A stretch of 64,000 bases of DNA, taken from assembly GCA_963702085.1 (NCBI GenBank), contig OY969707.1:1071005-1135004 (forward strand), given 5' to 3'. Positions 10,004-20,380 of this stretch are shown here, one piece after another. The notes under the pieces are model-generated. The model did not search any database. It saw nothing but the letters and a program-made list of their open reading frames with translations, and was not told the origin of the DNA. Each line of letters starts with the position of its first letter. The stretch's first letter is position 1. Position numbers and translations under genes: made by a program. The stretch comes from an uncultured Solirubrobacterales bacterium (GTDB lineage Bacteria; Actinomycetota; Thermoleophilia; Solirubrobacterales; Solirubrobacteraceae).

Positions 10004-11132
10004 TGCCGCGCCCCTTGCGTGCGCGCTGCACGTTGACGTTGACGGTCATCGCCACGATGATCGCCAGGCCGGTGTAGAACAGCAGGTAGTTGGCGTTGAC
10101 GCCCTGCAGGATCAGGCCGTCCTTGAGGATGCCCAGGAACAGCGCCCCGATCAGCGCCCCGACCACCGTCCCCGACCCGCCGGTCAGGAGCGTCCCGCCG
10201 ATCACCCCGGCGGCGACCGCGAGGAACAGGATTTCGTTGGCCCCCGCGGGGTCGGGCTGCACGGTGCCCGAGCGCACCGCCTCGAAGATCCCGACCAGCC
10301 CGGCGGTGAGACTGCAGAGGACGAAGTTGCGGACAGTCACGAGCCGCACACGCACGCCGGCCTCGGCGGCGCCGAGCTTGTTGGAGCCGATCGCCACCGT
10401 GTACAGCCCCCAGCGGGTGAACGTCAGCACGACCTGCAGAATCACGATGACCGCGAGCGCCCAGATCAGCTCCGCGTAGGTGCCGCCGCCAAAGATCTCG
10501 GCGAACGTGCTCAGGCTGCCGCCGTTGGTGATCCCGGCGCCGGGCGTGGAGACGGGAGTGCCGTGGGAGATGATCAGCGCGAGCCCCTCGAACGTGAACA
10601 GCATCGCCAGCGTCGCCACGAACGAGTTGATGCCGACGACCGCGACGAAGAAGCCGTTGGCGAGCCCCACCACCCCGCAGACCAGCAGCGCGAGCACAAC
10701 GCTCGGGACGAGCGGGATCCCGGCGGTGGAGAGCTTGTAGAAGACGAACGGCGTGAACAGGTACATCGCGCCGATCGAGAGGTCGATCTCGCCGAGGATC
10801 ATCACGAAGATCTCGCCTGCCGCGAGGATTGCGAATGGGGCGAAGTACGGCAGCAGCGTCTTGAAGTTGGCGCTCGTGAAGAAGGTGCTGGTGTTGGCCG
10901 CGAAGTAGACCGCCGTGATCAGCGTGACGACGATGATGCTGCCCTCGCGCAGCGCGAGGGCTCGCTCGAGCAGCTGACGCCCCACCGATGGGGAGGCCCG
11001 ATGTGACTGCTCCGGGCCTCCCGCCGGTGGGACCGATCCTGGCGCCGAGGCCGCAGCCGGCCTGTTGCTCGAGGTCGGAGCTAGCTCGCCCCCCGATGCT
11101 GGGGCAGGCCCACCCCCTGAAGCGCTGGCCAC
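9996..11132 (-). CDS. Sugar ABC transporter permease (RbsC-like)
   Basis: GEIDLSIG, INSFVATL, AAGVIGGT.LTGGSGTVVGALIGA motifs; multiple TM segments. Confidence 0.93.
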   Translation of the reverse strand: MASASGGGPAPASGGELAPTSSNRPAAASAPGSVPPAGGPEQSHRASPSVGRQLLERALALREGSIIVVTLITAVYFAANTSTFFTSANFKTLLPYFAPFAILAAGEIFVMILGEIDLSIGAMYLFTPFVFYKLSTAGIPLVPSVVLALLVCGVVGLANGFFVAVVGINSFVATLAMLFTFEGLALIISHGTPVSTPGAGITNGGSLSTFAEIFGGGTYAELIWALAVIVILQVVLTFTRWGLYTVAIGSNKLGAAEAGVRVRLVTVRNFVLCSLTAGLVGIFEAVRSGTVQPDPAGANEILFLAVAAGVIGGTLLTGGSGTVVGALIGALFLGILKDGLILQGVNANYLLFYTGLAIIVAMTVNVNVQRARKGRGSG

Positions 11133-11147
11133 GGTCGGCGCCCCTGA

Positions 11148-12287
11148 CTACGCGGGGGTGCCCGCCGGGATCGGGACGACCTTGGCTTCTGAGGATGTCC
11201 CCTCGTAGCGTGTTTTGGAGTTGACGTACGGAGCGACGGTTTCTTTGCTTAGGAACTTCAGGCCGGTGTCGGTTTCAGTGATGCCGCTCAACGACCCGGA
11301 GACCTGCCAGAAGAACAGCTGCAGGGTTGGTATGAACCCCTGTTGGTAGGGCTGCTGGTCGATTGTGAATTCGATGTTGCCTTCTTTGAGCAGCTTCTGG
11401 GTGTTTTCGGTGAGGTCGAAGCCGCCGGCCTTGATGCCTTTTGCCGCCAGCCCGAACTTCTGCATCACTTTTGCGAGGCTTTCGGTGGAGCCGCCGTCGA
11501 CCGCGTACATCCCCTTCGTGGTGGGGTGCCCGACCCAGTAGGCTTCGATCGTCGAGAGCTCGCCCGGCACAGCGGCGCCGGTGGCGACGGTGTGAATCGT
11601 GATCGGCTTGCCCGACGCCCTGATCGCTCTTTCCGCGCCTTCGATGCGCGGCTGCAGGTTGGCGGAGCCGGGCGTGGCGATGAACAGCGCCACGTCGCCC
11701 GAGGGCACTGCGGCAACGATCCGCGCGCCCATCTTTTCGCCGGCCAGTTTCAGGTCCTGGCCGATGTAGGAGAGGCGCGGGTTGGTGGGCGCGTCGGCGT
11801 TGTACGCGACCACCGGGATGCCGGCCTGCAGCGCCGCTGCGACGGGCTGGTTGAAGGCGTGCAGGTCGATCAGCGCCACCGCGATCCCGTCCGCTTTGCT
11901 GGCGACGGCGGTGTTGAGCGCGTTGATCATCTGGTTGACGTTGCTGGTTTCCGAGCCGGTCCACTCGTAGCTGCAGCCGAGCAGCTTGCAGGCGTCGGCG
12001 ATGCCGTACTGGGTGGGGGTGAAGAACGGGTTGGTGGTCACGTGGTTGACGAACACGAATTTGTATTCGGGGTGGGAGCCGAACACGGCGCTGGAGCTGC
12101 CGCCCGAGGAGCTCGCGCTAGAGCCGCACGCCTCCAGCAGGGCGCTCACCGAGCCGACCGCGGCGCCTGTGATGGCGGTACGGCGCAGGAACGCGCGGCG
12201 GTCGAACCCCGGGGGTCGCTCGCCTCTGGGCGGGTCGGCGTGCTCCAAGCGCTCCACCGTCTCGAGGGCCAAGTCGCTGTCAGACAT
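11148..12287 (-). CDS. Sugar ABC substrate-binding lipoprotein with Tat signal
   Basis: DRRAFLRR twin-arginine motif, LEAC lipobox, NPFF and IDQQPYQQG periplasmic-binding motifs; GGAGGA RBS before ATG. Confidence 0.92.
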   Translation of the reverse strand: MSDSDLALETVERLEHADPPRGERPPGFDRRAFLRRTAITGAAVGSVSALLEACGSSASSSGGSSSAVFGSHPEYKFVFVNHVTTNPFFTPTQYGIADACKLLGCSYEWTGSETSNVNQMINALNTAVASKADGIAVALIDLHAFNQPVAAALQAGIPVVAYNADAPTNPRLSYIGQDLKLAGEKMGARIVAAVPSGDVALFIATPGSANLQPRIEGAERAIRASGKPITIHTVATGAAVPGELSTIEAYWVGHPTTKGMYAVDGGSTESLAKVMQKFGLAAKGIKAGGFDLTENTQKLLKEGNIEFTIDQQPYQQGFIPTLQLFFWQVSGSLSGITETDTGLKFLSKETVAPYVNSKTRYEGTSSEAKVVPIPAGTPA

Positions 12288-12450
12288 TACATCCTCCTCC
12301 TTGTCTTGCTCGGTACGGGCACCGCAGGGACAGGGGCCACCCATCCTTAGGTTTCCCGCTTGAGTCAATTGCTACACACCCATTCGAGCGCCTGGGGGGG
12401 TGAGATCGCCTCGCCCGCGGAGGATGTGACCACCCGGTACGTCGGCGTCC

Positions 12451-12526
12451 GCACGAGGGCCGCTGGGCCTTTCGCACGAGGGCCGCTGGGCCTTTCGCAC
12501 GAGGGCCGCTGGGCCTTGTTCGCACG
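12451..12526. repeat. 23-bp tandem repeat, about 3.2 copies
   Basis: GCACGAGGGCCGCTGGGCCTTTC at 12451 and 12474, a variant at 12497, then a partial copy. Confidence 0.9.
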
Positions 12527-12811
12527 GCGGGCTGCTGAGCCTTGGCTACCCTCGGGGCGTGGCCGGGAAACCAGCTGAGCCGTTCCCCTCGACCGCTGCC
12601 GCCGGGAGCGGAGAGGGCGGCGGGGGTGGAGAGCTGGGCTTGGGGAGCGGGGATCCGGGCGGCGTGCGCGGGCGGCCTGGTGCAGGGAGCGGGCAGGCGG
12701 ACCGCGGGTTGGGGGAGCCGCGCGAGCTCGTAGGGCCGCTTGCGGTTCGACGCCACGTCAAAGACGACGGCCGCGCACTCCTGCTCTACACCCGCGCCGC
12801 TAGCGAGTCGC

Positions 12812-13729
12812 GTGAGTAGCCTGCGCCGCAACGAGTTGCGCGACGAGGAGGTCGTCTACGCGATTCCTCGCCAGGCCCGCACGTTCCTGCCCTCGCGCGC
12901 GCTTTGCCCGCTGTGCCCCACGCGGCGGGGAGGGCCGGAGACCGAGATCCCCCTCCCCGCGTTTGAGCTCGCGGTCTTCGACAACCGCTTCCCTGCGTTC
13001 GAGGCGCCCCGCGGCGCCGCCGAGGTCGTCGTCTACACCGACGCCCACGACGCCTCCTTCGGCACGCTCCCGGCTGCCCGCGCGGAGGCCCTGATGTGGG
13101 TCTGGCGCCACCGCTACGCCGAGCTCGGCGCGCGCGCGGACGTCGACTACGTGTTCATCTTCGAGAACCGCGGGGTCGAGGTCGGCGTGACCCTGCACCA
13201 CCCGCACGGGCAGATCTACGGCTACCCGTTCCTGCCCCCCGTACCCGGACTCGAGCTCGCCGCCGACGCGCGTCTCGGCGGCTGCGCGCCGTGTGCCCTG
13301 CTCGCGGGGGAGCTCGCCGACGGGCGGCGGGTCGTGTACGAGAACGACGACGTGGTCGTGTTTGTCCCCTTTGCGGCCCGCTGGGGCTACGAAGCCCACG
13401 TGGTGCTGCGCGCGCACCGGTCGAGCCTGCTGGACTGCGAGCCGCGGGAGCTGCGCCTGCTCGCGGACGGGCTGCAGGCGCTCGTGCGCGGCTACGACGC
13501 GCTGTTCGACCGACCCTTTCCGTACGTCATGGCAGTCCACCAGGCGCCCACCACCGCTGTGGCCGCTGGACACGGGCACCTGCACGTCGAGTTCTACCCG
13601 CCGTTGCGCACGGCTGACCGGCTCAAGTACCTGGCTGGTTCCGAGCAGGGCGCCGGCACGTTCATCTCCGACACGCTGCCCGAGGACTCTGCCGCCAGGT
13701 TGCGTGAGGCGATCGCTCGTGCCGCCTGA
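12812..13729 (+). CDS. galT: Galactose-1-phosphate uridylyltransferase
   Basis: CPLCP, FDNRFP, FENRG.EVGVTLHHPHGQIY (HPHxQ active site), KYLAGSE. Confidence 0.95.
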   Translation: MSSLRRNELRDEEVVYAIPRQARTFLPSRALCPLCPTRRGGPETEIPLPAFELAVFDNRFPAFEAPRGAAEVVVYTDAHDASFGTLPAARAEALMWVWRHRYAELGARADVDYVFIFENRGVEVGVTLHHPHGQIYGYPFLPPVPGLELAADARLGGCAPCALLAGELADGRRVVYENDDVVVFVPFAARWGYEAHVVLRAHRSSLLDCEPRELRLLADGLQALVRGYDALFDRPFPYVMAVHQAPTTAVAAGHGHLHVEFYPPLRTADRLKYLAGSEQGAGTFISDTLPEDSAARLREAIARAA

Positions 13730-14786
13730 GCGCTCTGGTGCGTTCGCGCCCGGGCGCGTCAACCTGATCGGCGAGCACACCGACTACAACCTCGGGTTGG
13801 CCCTGCCGTTCGCGATCGCGGAGGGCGTGACGGTGCGCGCCGAGGCGGAGACTCGGGGCTCGTCCGGTGAGGGGCGCGTGAGCGTCTACGCGCGCGACCT
13901 GGACGAGCGCGACGAGTTCGCCGTGGCAGAGCCTGCCCCCGCGCTTGGCTGGCGCGCGTTCGTGCGGGGCGTCGTCGCCGAGCTCGCCCGGGCCGGCGTT
14001 CCGCTCGTCGGCGCTCGTCTGGAGCTCGGCGGGGACCTGCCGCTCGGTGCCGGCCTCTCCTCCTCCGCGGCGCTCACCGTCGCGCTGTGCCTCGCGCTTG
14101 TGGACCTCGGACGTGACCGCCCCGGCGAGGCCGCGGTGATGAATCGCACCGAGCTCGCCCGCCTGTGCGCGCGCGTGGAGCACGACTGGGTCGGTGCCCA
14201 CACGGGCCTGCTCGACCCCCTCGCCTCGCTCTACGGCGCGCCCGACGCCGCTCTGTGCATCGACTTCCGCACGCTCCGTGTGACCCCGGTGCCGCTGCGA
14301 CTCGGTGGTTGGCGCCTGGTCGTGTTGGACTCCGGTGAGCGCCACCGGCACGCGAGCTCCGGCTACAACGCTCGACGCGCCGAGTGCGCGCGGGCCTGCC
14401 GGCTCTTGGGAGTTGACTCGCTGCGCGAGGCCGGCCGGGCGGCGGTCGAGCGGCTGCCCGAACCCCTGCGCCGGCGCGCGCTGCACGTGCTCGACGAGAA
14501 CGCCCGGGTGCGCCGCGCCGTCGCGGCGCTGCGCGTGGACGACCTGCCTGCCGTCGGCCAGCTGCTCGACGCCTCCCACGAGAGCCTGCGCGAGCGCTTC
14601 GAGGTCTCCACCCCCGCGGTCGAGGCCGCCGTCGAGCGGCTGCGCCTCGCTGGCGCCGCCGGTGCGCGCGTCGTGGGCGGTGGCTTCGGGGGCTCGGTTC
14701 TGGGCCTGTTCGCGCCTGGCGTTTCCCCGCCCGCTGGCACGCGCGCGGTGCGCCCCGGCGCGGGCGCCCACCTGCTGGAGCTGTAG
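13719..14786 (+). CDS. galK: Galactokinase
   Basis: APGRVNLIGEHTDYN, PLGAGLSSSAA, GARVVGGGFGG GHMP motifs; overlaps galT end. Confidence 0.95.
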   Translation: MPPERSGAFAPGRVNLIGEHTDYNLGLALPFAIAEGVTVRAEAETRGSSGEGRVSVYARDLDERDEFAVAEPAPALGWRAFVRGVVAELARAGVPLVGARLELGGDLPLGAGLSSSAALTVALCLALVDLGRDRPGEAAVMNRTELARLCARVEHDWVGAHTGLLDPLASLYGAPDAALCIDFRTLRVTPVPLRLGGWRLVVLDSGERHRHASSGYNARRAECARACRLLGVDSLREAGRAAVERLPEPLRRRALHVLDENARVRRAVAALRVDDLPAVGQLLDASHESLRERFEVSTPAVEAAVERLRLAGAAGARVVGGGFGGSVLGLFAPGVSPPAGTRAVRPGAGAHLLEL

Positions 14787-15011
14787 GCGCTCGACGGCTC
14801 TCTGAGCGGTTTGGGTGAGAGTCGGGGCCGGAGGACCGAGCCGGCGCCGGTGTCTGCACGCCTGTTCGCCTGGCTTGTTCGAACAGGCCCAGGGTCCGCC
14901 ACGCGAACGCCGCTGCGGCCGGAGGCCGCCATCAAAATGGTCCTTTTGCCACGCCGTTGACAGTCGCAGACATCTCTCAAGCGCTCGGGGCCTGACGCCG
15001 ATGGGTCCGCG

Positions 15012-16233
15012 ATGCCTGAGCTTTCCGTTCAGCCCGTTCGCCCCTCGGGGCGGTCCTCTGGTGCTGCCTCCACGCGCGAGCGTGAGCGGCGTGCCGAGGC
15101 GCTGCGCCGCCATCGCGCTGACGCGCGCGTGCAGCTGATGGCCGGCGCCGGCGAGCTTGCCTACCTGCGCGCCCAGTTGCGTGTCGCCGCTCGAGCTCAC
15201 CGCGCGGCTGGCGGCCACGCACGAGGTCGAGGACATGGCGCGTCTGGCCGTCGACGAGCTGCACTGCACGTTCGCCTTCTTTCTCGCCGCCATCCAGCGG
15301 CTCGATGGGGACGGCGTGCTGCGTCTGGTCGCCGGCGCCGGCCCGCTCGCGGAGGTCATGACCGAGTTCCTGGTCGTTGCCCAGCCGGTCTCCGAGGGCG
15401 TCAACGGGCGCGTCGCCCGCTCGGGGTGCACCGCGCTCGTGGCGGACACGCGCGCCGACCCCGACTACATCGTGCGCGACCCGCTCACGGACCCCCGCTC
15501 GGAGCTCTCCGCGCCGATCTTCGTGGATGGCGTGGTTTGGGGGGTGCTCAACCTCGAGGCGCCCGGGCCCGGGGCTTTCGGCGAGGCCGACGCGGTGCTC
15601 GTCGAGGCGGTCGCCGCCTCGCTCGGCGCCGCCCTGCACCGCGCCGGGCTGGTCGCCGACCTCGAGTGCGCCTTCACCACGACCCTGGCCGCGCTCACCT
15701 CCACCGTTGAAGCCAAGGACGACTACACCGCCACCCACGGCGAGGACGTCGCGGGGCTCGCCGAGCGGGTTGCGCTGCGCCTCGGGCTGGCGCCCGCGGA
15801 GGCGCGCGACGTTCGCTACGCGGCGCTTCTGCACGACCTCGGCAAGGTCGCCGTTCCCTCCGAGATCCTGCTCAAGCCCGGGCCTTTGACCGATGCTGAG
15901 TGGGTCCTCATGCGCTCCCACGCCGCCGTCGGGGGTGACCTGGTGGCTCGCGTCCCCGCCTTCGCGCACCTCGCCCCAGCGGTGCGCGCCTCCCACGAGC
16001 GCTGGGACGGGGGCGGCTACCCCGACGGGCTTGCGGGCGAGCAGATTCCGCTCGCAGCGCGTCTGATCGCGGCCTGCGACACCTTCGACGCGATCGTCAC
16101 GGCTCGTCCTTACCGTCCTGCGCGCACGCCTTTGGAGGCGGCTTGCGAGCTGCGCCGGGTCGCTGGTTCCCAGCTCGACGCTCGGGTGGTCTGTGCACTG
16201 CTCGACGAGCTTGGTCTCTCTACCTCGACCTGA
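15012..16233 (+). CDS. GAF + HD-GYP phosphodiesterase (probable +1 frameshift near 15190)
   Basis: GAF (RSELSAPI..WGVLNLE); LLHDLGK and HERWDGGGYPDGL. The ATG-15012 frame (..YLRAQLRVA) joins LELTARL if one base is removed. Confidence 0.85.
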
Positions 16234-16332
16234 CGGTTACTCTTTTGCCGGCGGGGCTTGGTCGTTCGGGCGCCCCGGCCCGTTTGGGCCGCCGCACCCG
16301 GTTTCTCGCCGGGTGTGTGGGAGACTGCGCCC

Positions 16333-17175
16333 GTGCCTGCGTCGCGGCCGAGGGTGGCGGTGGTTGGCCACGTCGAGTGGGTGCGCTTCGCGCGGGTGCC
16401 CCGTGTCCCGTGCGCCGGGGACATCGTGCACGCGCGTGAGGTTTTCGAGGAGCCCGCGGGGGGCGGCGCCGTCGCCGCTGTGCAGCTGGCCCGCCTGGCC
16501 GGCGCCGCGGTGCTCGTTACGGCAATTGGCGCTGACGCTCACGGCCGCCGCTCGGTGGCGCGCCTTCGCGAGCTCGGTGTCGACGTCTGGGCCGCGCGGC
16601 GTGCCGCTCCCACCCGCACCGGCGTGACCTTGGTGGACGACTCTGGCGAGCGCACCATCACCACCTTCGGGCCGCGCTTGGAGGCTTTGGGGGATGACGC
16701 GGAGGTTCCGTGGGGCGCGCTCGCGGACATGGACGCCGTCTACTTCACCGCCGGGGACCTCGGCGCGCTGCGGGCCGCGCGTGCGGCGCGTGTTCTGGTG
16801 GCCTCCCCTCGCGCGGAGGACGCCCTTGGGCACGGCGTGCCGCTGGACGCTTTGGTGCTGTCCGGGGGGGACGCGCTCGAGCGCGGAGACGCCGCCCGGG
16901 CGCAGGGTGAGGCCGCGCTGGTCGTGCTCACCGCCGGCGCGCGCGGGGGCACCTTTCGTGGCCGCTCCGGCGCGTCGGGCTCGTGGGCCGCTGCTCCGCT
17001 GCCCGGTGCGCCCGTGGATTCCTACGGCTGCGGGGACTCCTTCGCCGCAGGGCTCACCTTTGGTCTGGGCGCGGGCCTCGCGGTCTCGGACGCGCTCGCT
17101 CTGGCGGCGCGCTGCGGCGCTGTGTGCCTCACCGGACGCGGGCCCTACGAGCGGCAGCTGCGGGGCTCTACCTGA
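16333..17175 (+). CDS. PfkB-family carbohydrate kinase
   Basis: PAGGGAVAAVQLARL, GERTI, VDSYGCGDSF signature; start uncertain. Confidence 0.9.
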   Translation: MPASRPRVAVVGHVEWVRFARVPRVPCAGDIVHAREVFEEPAGGGAVAAVQLARLAGAAVLVTAIGADAHGRRSVARLRELGVDVWAARRAAPTRTGVTLVDDSGERTITTFGPRLEALGDDAEVPWGALADMDAVYFTAGDLGALRAARAARVLVASPRAEDALGHGVPLDALVLSGGDALERGDAARAQGEAALVVLTAGARGGTFRGRSGASGSWAAAPLPGAPVDSYGCGDSFAAGLTFGLGAGLAVSDALALAARCGAVCLTGRGPYERQLRGST

Positions 17176-17223
17176 CCGGCGGCTGAGGCTGGGGTGACCC
17201 TTCACCCACACCATTGTGATAAC

Positions 17224-17239
17224 CTTCATGATCATGAAG
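17224..17239. promoter_or_regulatory. Perfect 16-bp palindrome over the antitoxin start (autoregulatory operator candidate)
   Basis: CTTCATGATCATGAAG equals its own reverse complement. Confidence 0.55.
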
Positions 17240-17485
17240 CGAGCCAAGGTGACGCGGGGGGGGCAGGTTTCCATTCCCTCGACCATCCGCAGGCGGTGGG
17301 GCACCTCGACGCTGACGCTGGAGGACCTCGGCGATCGAATCGTTCTTACACCGGCGCCCGACGATCCGATCGCCGCTGCGCGCGGGGCGCTGGCGGGTGA
17401 GCTGTCGATGAGCAGCGAGCAGCTGCGCGCCCAGGCTCGTGACGCCGAGGCGACCGCCGAGCGGCGTCGGCACGCCGGCCGGTGA
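17234..17485 (+). CDS. AbrB/MazE-type antitoxin
   Basis: AKVTRGGQVSIPSTIRRRWG..RIVLTP swapped-hairpin signature. Confidence 0.88.
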   Translation: MKRAKVTRGGQVSIPSTIRRRWGTSTLTLEDLGDRIVLTPAPDDPIAAARGALAGELSMSSEQLRAQARDAEATAERRRHAGR

Positions 17486-17901
17486 CCGTCCTACTGGATG
17501 CCTTTGCGCTGATCGCCCTGTTGGCCGAGGAGCCGGCCGCCGAGGAGGTCGAGGCGATCTTGCGCCGCGGGCAGGCGGCCATCCCCGCGATCAACCTGGC
17601 CGAGGCGCTGGACGTCCTGCAGCGTGTCCAGGGCGTGTCCAGCGAGCGCTTGGACGCGATCACCGCGCCACTGCTGCAGACGAGCCTTGCGCTGCTCCCG
17701 GTCGACGAGCGGATGGCACGCAGGGCGGCGAGCATCCGCGCGCGGCGCTACCACCGCACCCGCGCGCCGCTCTCGCTGGCCGACTGTGTTTTGCTTGCCG
17801 CGGCGGACGCTGCGGATACGATTGCCACCGCCGATGCTCCCCTCATCGCTGTCGCGCGCGAGGAGGGGGTGCGGATCACCGAGCTGCCGCGTCTCGTGTA
17901 G
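17482..17901 (+). CDS. vapC: PIN-domain VapC-family toxin
   Basis: VLLDAFAL, INLAE, LSLADCVLLA, IATAD; GTGA overlap with the antitoxin. Confidence 0.9.
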   Translation: MTVLLDAFALIALLAEEPAAEEVEAILRRGQAAIPAINLAEALDVLQRVQGVSSERLDAITAPLLQTSLALLPVDERMARRAASIRARRYHRTRAPLSLADCVLLAAADAADTIATADAPLIAVAREEGVRITELPRLV

Positions 17902-18427
17902 CCCCATCTTGTGGCCACTCGATCTGCTCGGCGAGCTCGCGTGGGCCGAGGTCGATCAGCCCGCTGTGCTCCACCGGCCGGTACTCGCCGCCGGCCAGCG
18001 CCAGCCAGTCGATCGAGTGCTTGGCGGGGTCGACGATCAGCACCTCGTCCACGTCGTGCTCGGCGTAGAAGGGGAGCTTCTCCCACGTCTCGTCGTTGGG
18101 GGAGACGACCTCGATCACGAGCGCGGCGGTCGAGTGCCACGTGCCGTGAGCGCCGGGCCGGTGCAGGGCTGAATCCGGAACGCGAAAGTTGTGTTCGCTC
18201 TCGCCGAGGTTGGACTGGCCGATGACCTCCAGGCCCGCGGCTCGGGCTGCGGGACCGAGAATCATGATCAGCTGCGCTTCGATCGAAGCGTGTCCGTAGT
18301 TGGGCGCCGGAACCACGTGCAGCACACCGTCCCACACCTCGTCGTGGCGCTCCAGCCCGGAGCGGCGCCTGCGCTCGAGTATCTCCTCGAGTCCCGACGT
18401 GTGAGGATCCAGTACCAGTGCGCGCAT
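17876..18427 (-). CDS. Uma2-family endonuclease
   Basis: EVWDGVLHVVPAP..H, VPD, LVIEVVSP, KLPFYA..V.EVLIVDP. Confidence 0.9.
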   Translation of the reverse strand: MRALVLDPHTSGLEEILERRRRSGLERHDEVWDGVLHVVPAPNYGHASIEAQLIMILGPAARAAGLEVIGQSNLGESEHNFRVPDSALHRPGAHGTWHSTAALVIEVVSPNDETWEKLPFYAEHDVDEVLIVDPAKHSIDWLALAGGEYRPVEHSGLIDLGPRELAEQIEWPQDGATRDAAAR

Positions 18428-18571
18428 TCGCCCGCAGTGTAGCGCTCAGACGGCTGTCTCGTCCGCCTCGAAGTTGGCGCGTTTGGGTCCTCCTCTCGGC
18501 CGGCGCAGGTGGTGTGACGCGGTGGGCTCGCGGCCTCGGGGCGGCGCGCTCACAGCCCCGGCCGGCGGGGT

Positions 18572-20380
18572 TCACCGCCCCAGGCGGCGTGCTATCCACA
18601 CGTACACGGTGTTCTTGGTGGCCCCTTCGCGGAAGCTTGCCTGGGCGACGAGCTTGACGCGCTTGACGGGTGGCCGTGGGACGTCGCTGAGGTACACGGC
18701 TTCGCGATACGGACGGTTGTACAGCTCGTACCACGTCCCGAGCCGCAGGGCTGAGCCGTGGGCGAGCACGCGGGTGCCGCGGGCGACGAGGTCGTACCGC
18801 ACCGCCGGTTTGACGGGTTCGGTGGCTCCGTCGAGCTTGCCCTCCAGCAGGACCGTTCCACCGCGGGGGACCTCCTGGGCGATACGCGCGTCGATCGCTT
18901 TGACGGGCCTGTACAGGGGGGCGTGTTCGTCGGGCTTGCCGTTGGCGGCCACCGCCCTTCCCACCGCGGCGGTGGCGGCGATCCCGAGGAGGGTGAGGGC
19001 CACGGAGCCGCTCGCGGCGATGCGAGCGGCGGGGAGGCTGGGCGCTGCTCGCGCCGCTCTGCGCACGGCCCACGCGACCGCGAGCCACGCCGCCCACGCG
19101 AGGGTCAGCCACACCACCATTCCCACCTGGGAGCCCCACCACATCGTGTACCCCATGGTGGCGGACAGCAGGGGCGGGGTGGGGGTCGCGGCGGCCACCG
19201 CGGCGAGGGCGGGACACAGCACGAGCGCCGTTACGGCGAGCGTGGCCACCTCGCGACGGCGGCGCCACGCCCCGACCAGGGCGACCACCACGAGCGCGGC
19301 GAGCGCCGCTAGGGTGGAGCGCCTCGCGAGTACCGTGGGCGTGGAGCGGACTTCGTACTTGCGCTGCCACCGGCTCTTGGGGGTCTGCAGCCACCACGGG
19401 GCGATCCCCACCGCGTGCACGACGGCGTGCCACCCCACCTCGCTGCCGAGCGTGGCCTTGTGCTTGGTGGCGGCTTCGGCCACGAGCGTGAGGTTGCCGG
19501 GGTGTTCGGTGAGCTGCCCCGCGACGGTGGCGCTCCAGCACAGCGCGGCGGCGAGCAGCGTGGCGAGGACCCACCCAGCTTTCGCCCGCCGTCGCAGACC
19601 GGGAGCTTTGCGCCGGTGCCGCGCGAGGAACCCGGCGGCGAGGCCGCCGAGCGCGACGGCGAGCAGGGCCAGGGTGGGGGGGAGGTAGGTGAGGTGCGTC
19701 TGCACCGTGAAGCTCGCCACGACCACCGTCAGCGGTGCCAGCTTGTACTCCCCGCAAGCCACCGACCAGCAGAGGAAGATCGTCAGCGTGAAGGGCCACA
19801 GCCCGGCGGATGGGTTCCACACGTCGTGGAACGTCTCCGTCGCCAGCGACTGGCACATCAGCGCGATGGCGAGCGCGGTTCCCACCATCAGCACGCGCCC
19901 CCCGCGACGGCGGGCGAGCGCGACGCAGCCGACGATGCACAGCGTGTTGACGGTGCCCACGGTGACGGTCATGCCCACGGTGCTCCCGGCGTGGGCGGTC
20001 GGGGCGAGCAGCCAGAAGAGCATCGGCCCGAGGCTGTGGGTGACCTTGCCGGTGACTTCCCCGGCGAGGGTGTACTGGCCGACGAGCGGCGGGTGCGCTG
20101 TGAGCACGTCGTGGGCGCGGGTGGCGATGATCCCGCGGTCGGCGAGCGGCACCCACCCGACCTGCACGGCCTTGACGGTGGCGCCGATCACGGGGATCGC
20201 GGCGGCGAGCCCGGCGGCGAGCGTGAGCAGGGCCTCCCCGAGTCCCCGCGCGGCGCGGGGCCCGGGCCGGGGGAGCCTGCGCGGGAGTGTGAGCCTGACG
20301 TGGGGTGCCGGCGGGCGAGGGGCCTTCGCGCTGGGGTCCTCGCCCTGCGGAGGTACCGTGCGCGGGCCGGGCGAGCTCAC
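18572..20380 (-). CDS. Polytopic membrane protein, possibly GT-C-type glycosyltransferase
   Basis: Many TM helices; [17 protein letters not shown] and WNP motifs; GTG overlaps the ACAD stop. Confidence 0.55.
   Translation of the reverse strand: MSSPGPRTVPPQGEDPSAKAPRPPAPHVRLTLPRRLPRPGPRAARGLGEALLTLAAGLAAAIPVIGATVKAVQVGWVPLADRGIIATRAHDVLTAHPPLVGQYTLAGEVTGKVTHSLGPMLFWLLAPTAHAGSTVGMTVTVGTVNTLCIVGCVALARRRGGRVLMVGTALAIALMCQSLATETFHDVWNPSAGLWPFTLTIFLCWSVACGEYKLAPLTVVVASFTVQTHLTYLPPTLALLAVALGGLAAGFLARHRRKAPGLRRRAKAGWVLATLLAAALCWSATVAGQLTEHPGNLTLVAEAATKHKATLGSEVGWHAVVHAVGIAPWWLQTPKSRWQRKYEVRSTPTVLARRSTLAALAALVVVALVGAWRRRREVATLAVTALVLCPALAAVAAATPTPPLLSATMGYTMWWGSQVGMVVWLTLAWAAWLAVAWAVRRAARAAPSLPAARIAASGSVALTLLGIAATAAVGRAVAANGKPDEHAPLYRPVKAIDARIAQEVPRGGTVLLEGKLDGATEPVKPAVRYDLVARGTRVLAHGSALRLGTWYELYNRPYREAVYLSDVPRPPVKRVKLVAQASFREGATKNTVYVWIARRLGR

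Noticed and set aside
12451-12526. 23-bp repeats as a CRISPR array
   Set aside because: The copies are directly adjacent with no unique spacers, and there are no cas genes in the window.
14790-15011. c-di-GMP riboswitch upstream of the HD-GYP gene
   Set aside because: No GEMM-type consensus elements were recognisable; only a TTGACA box is visible.
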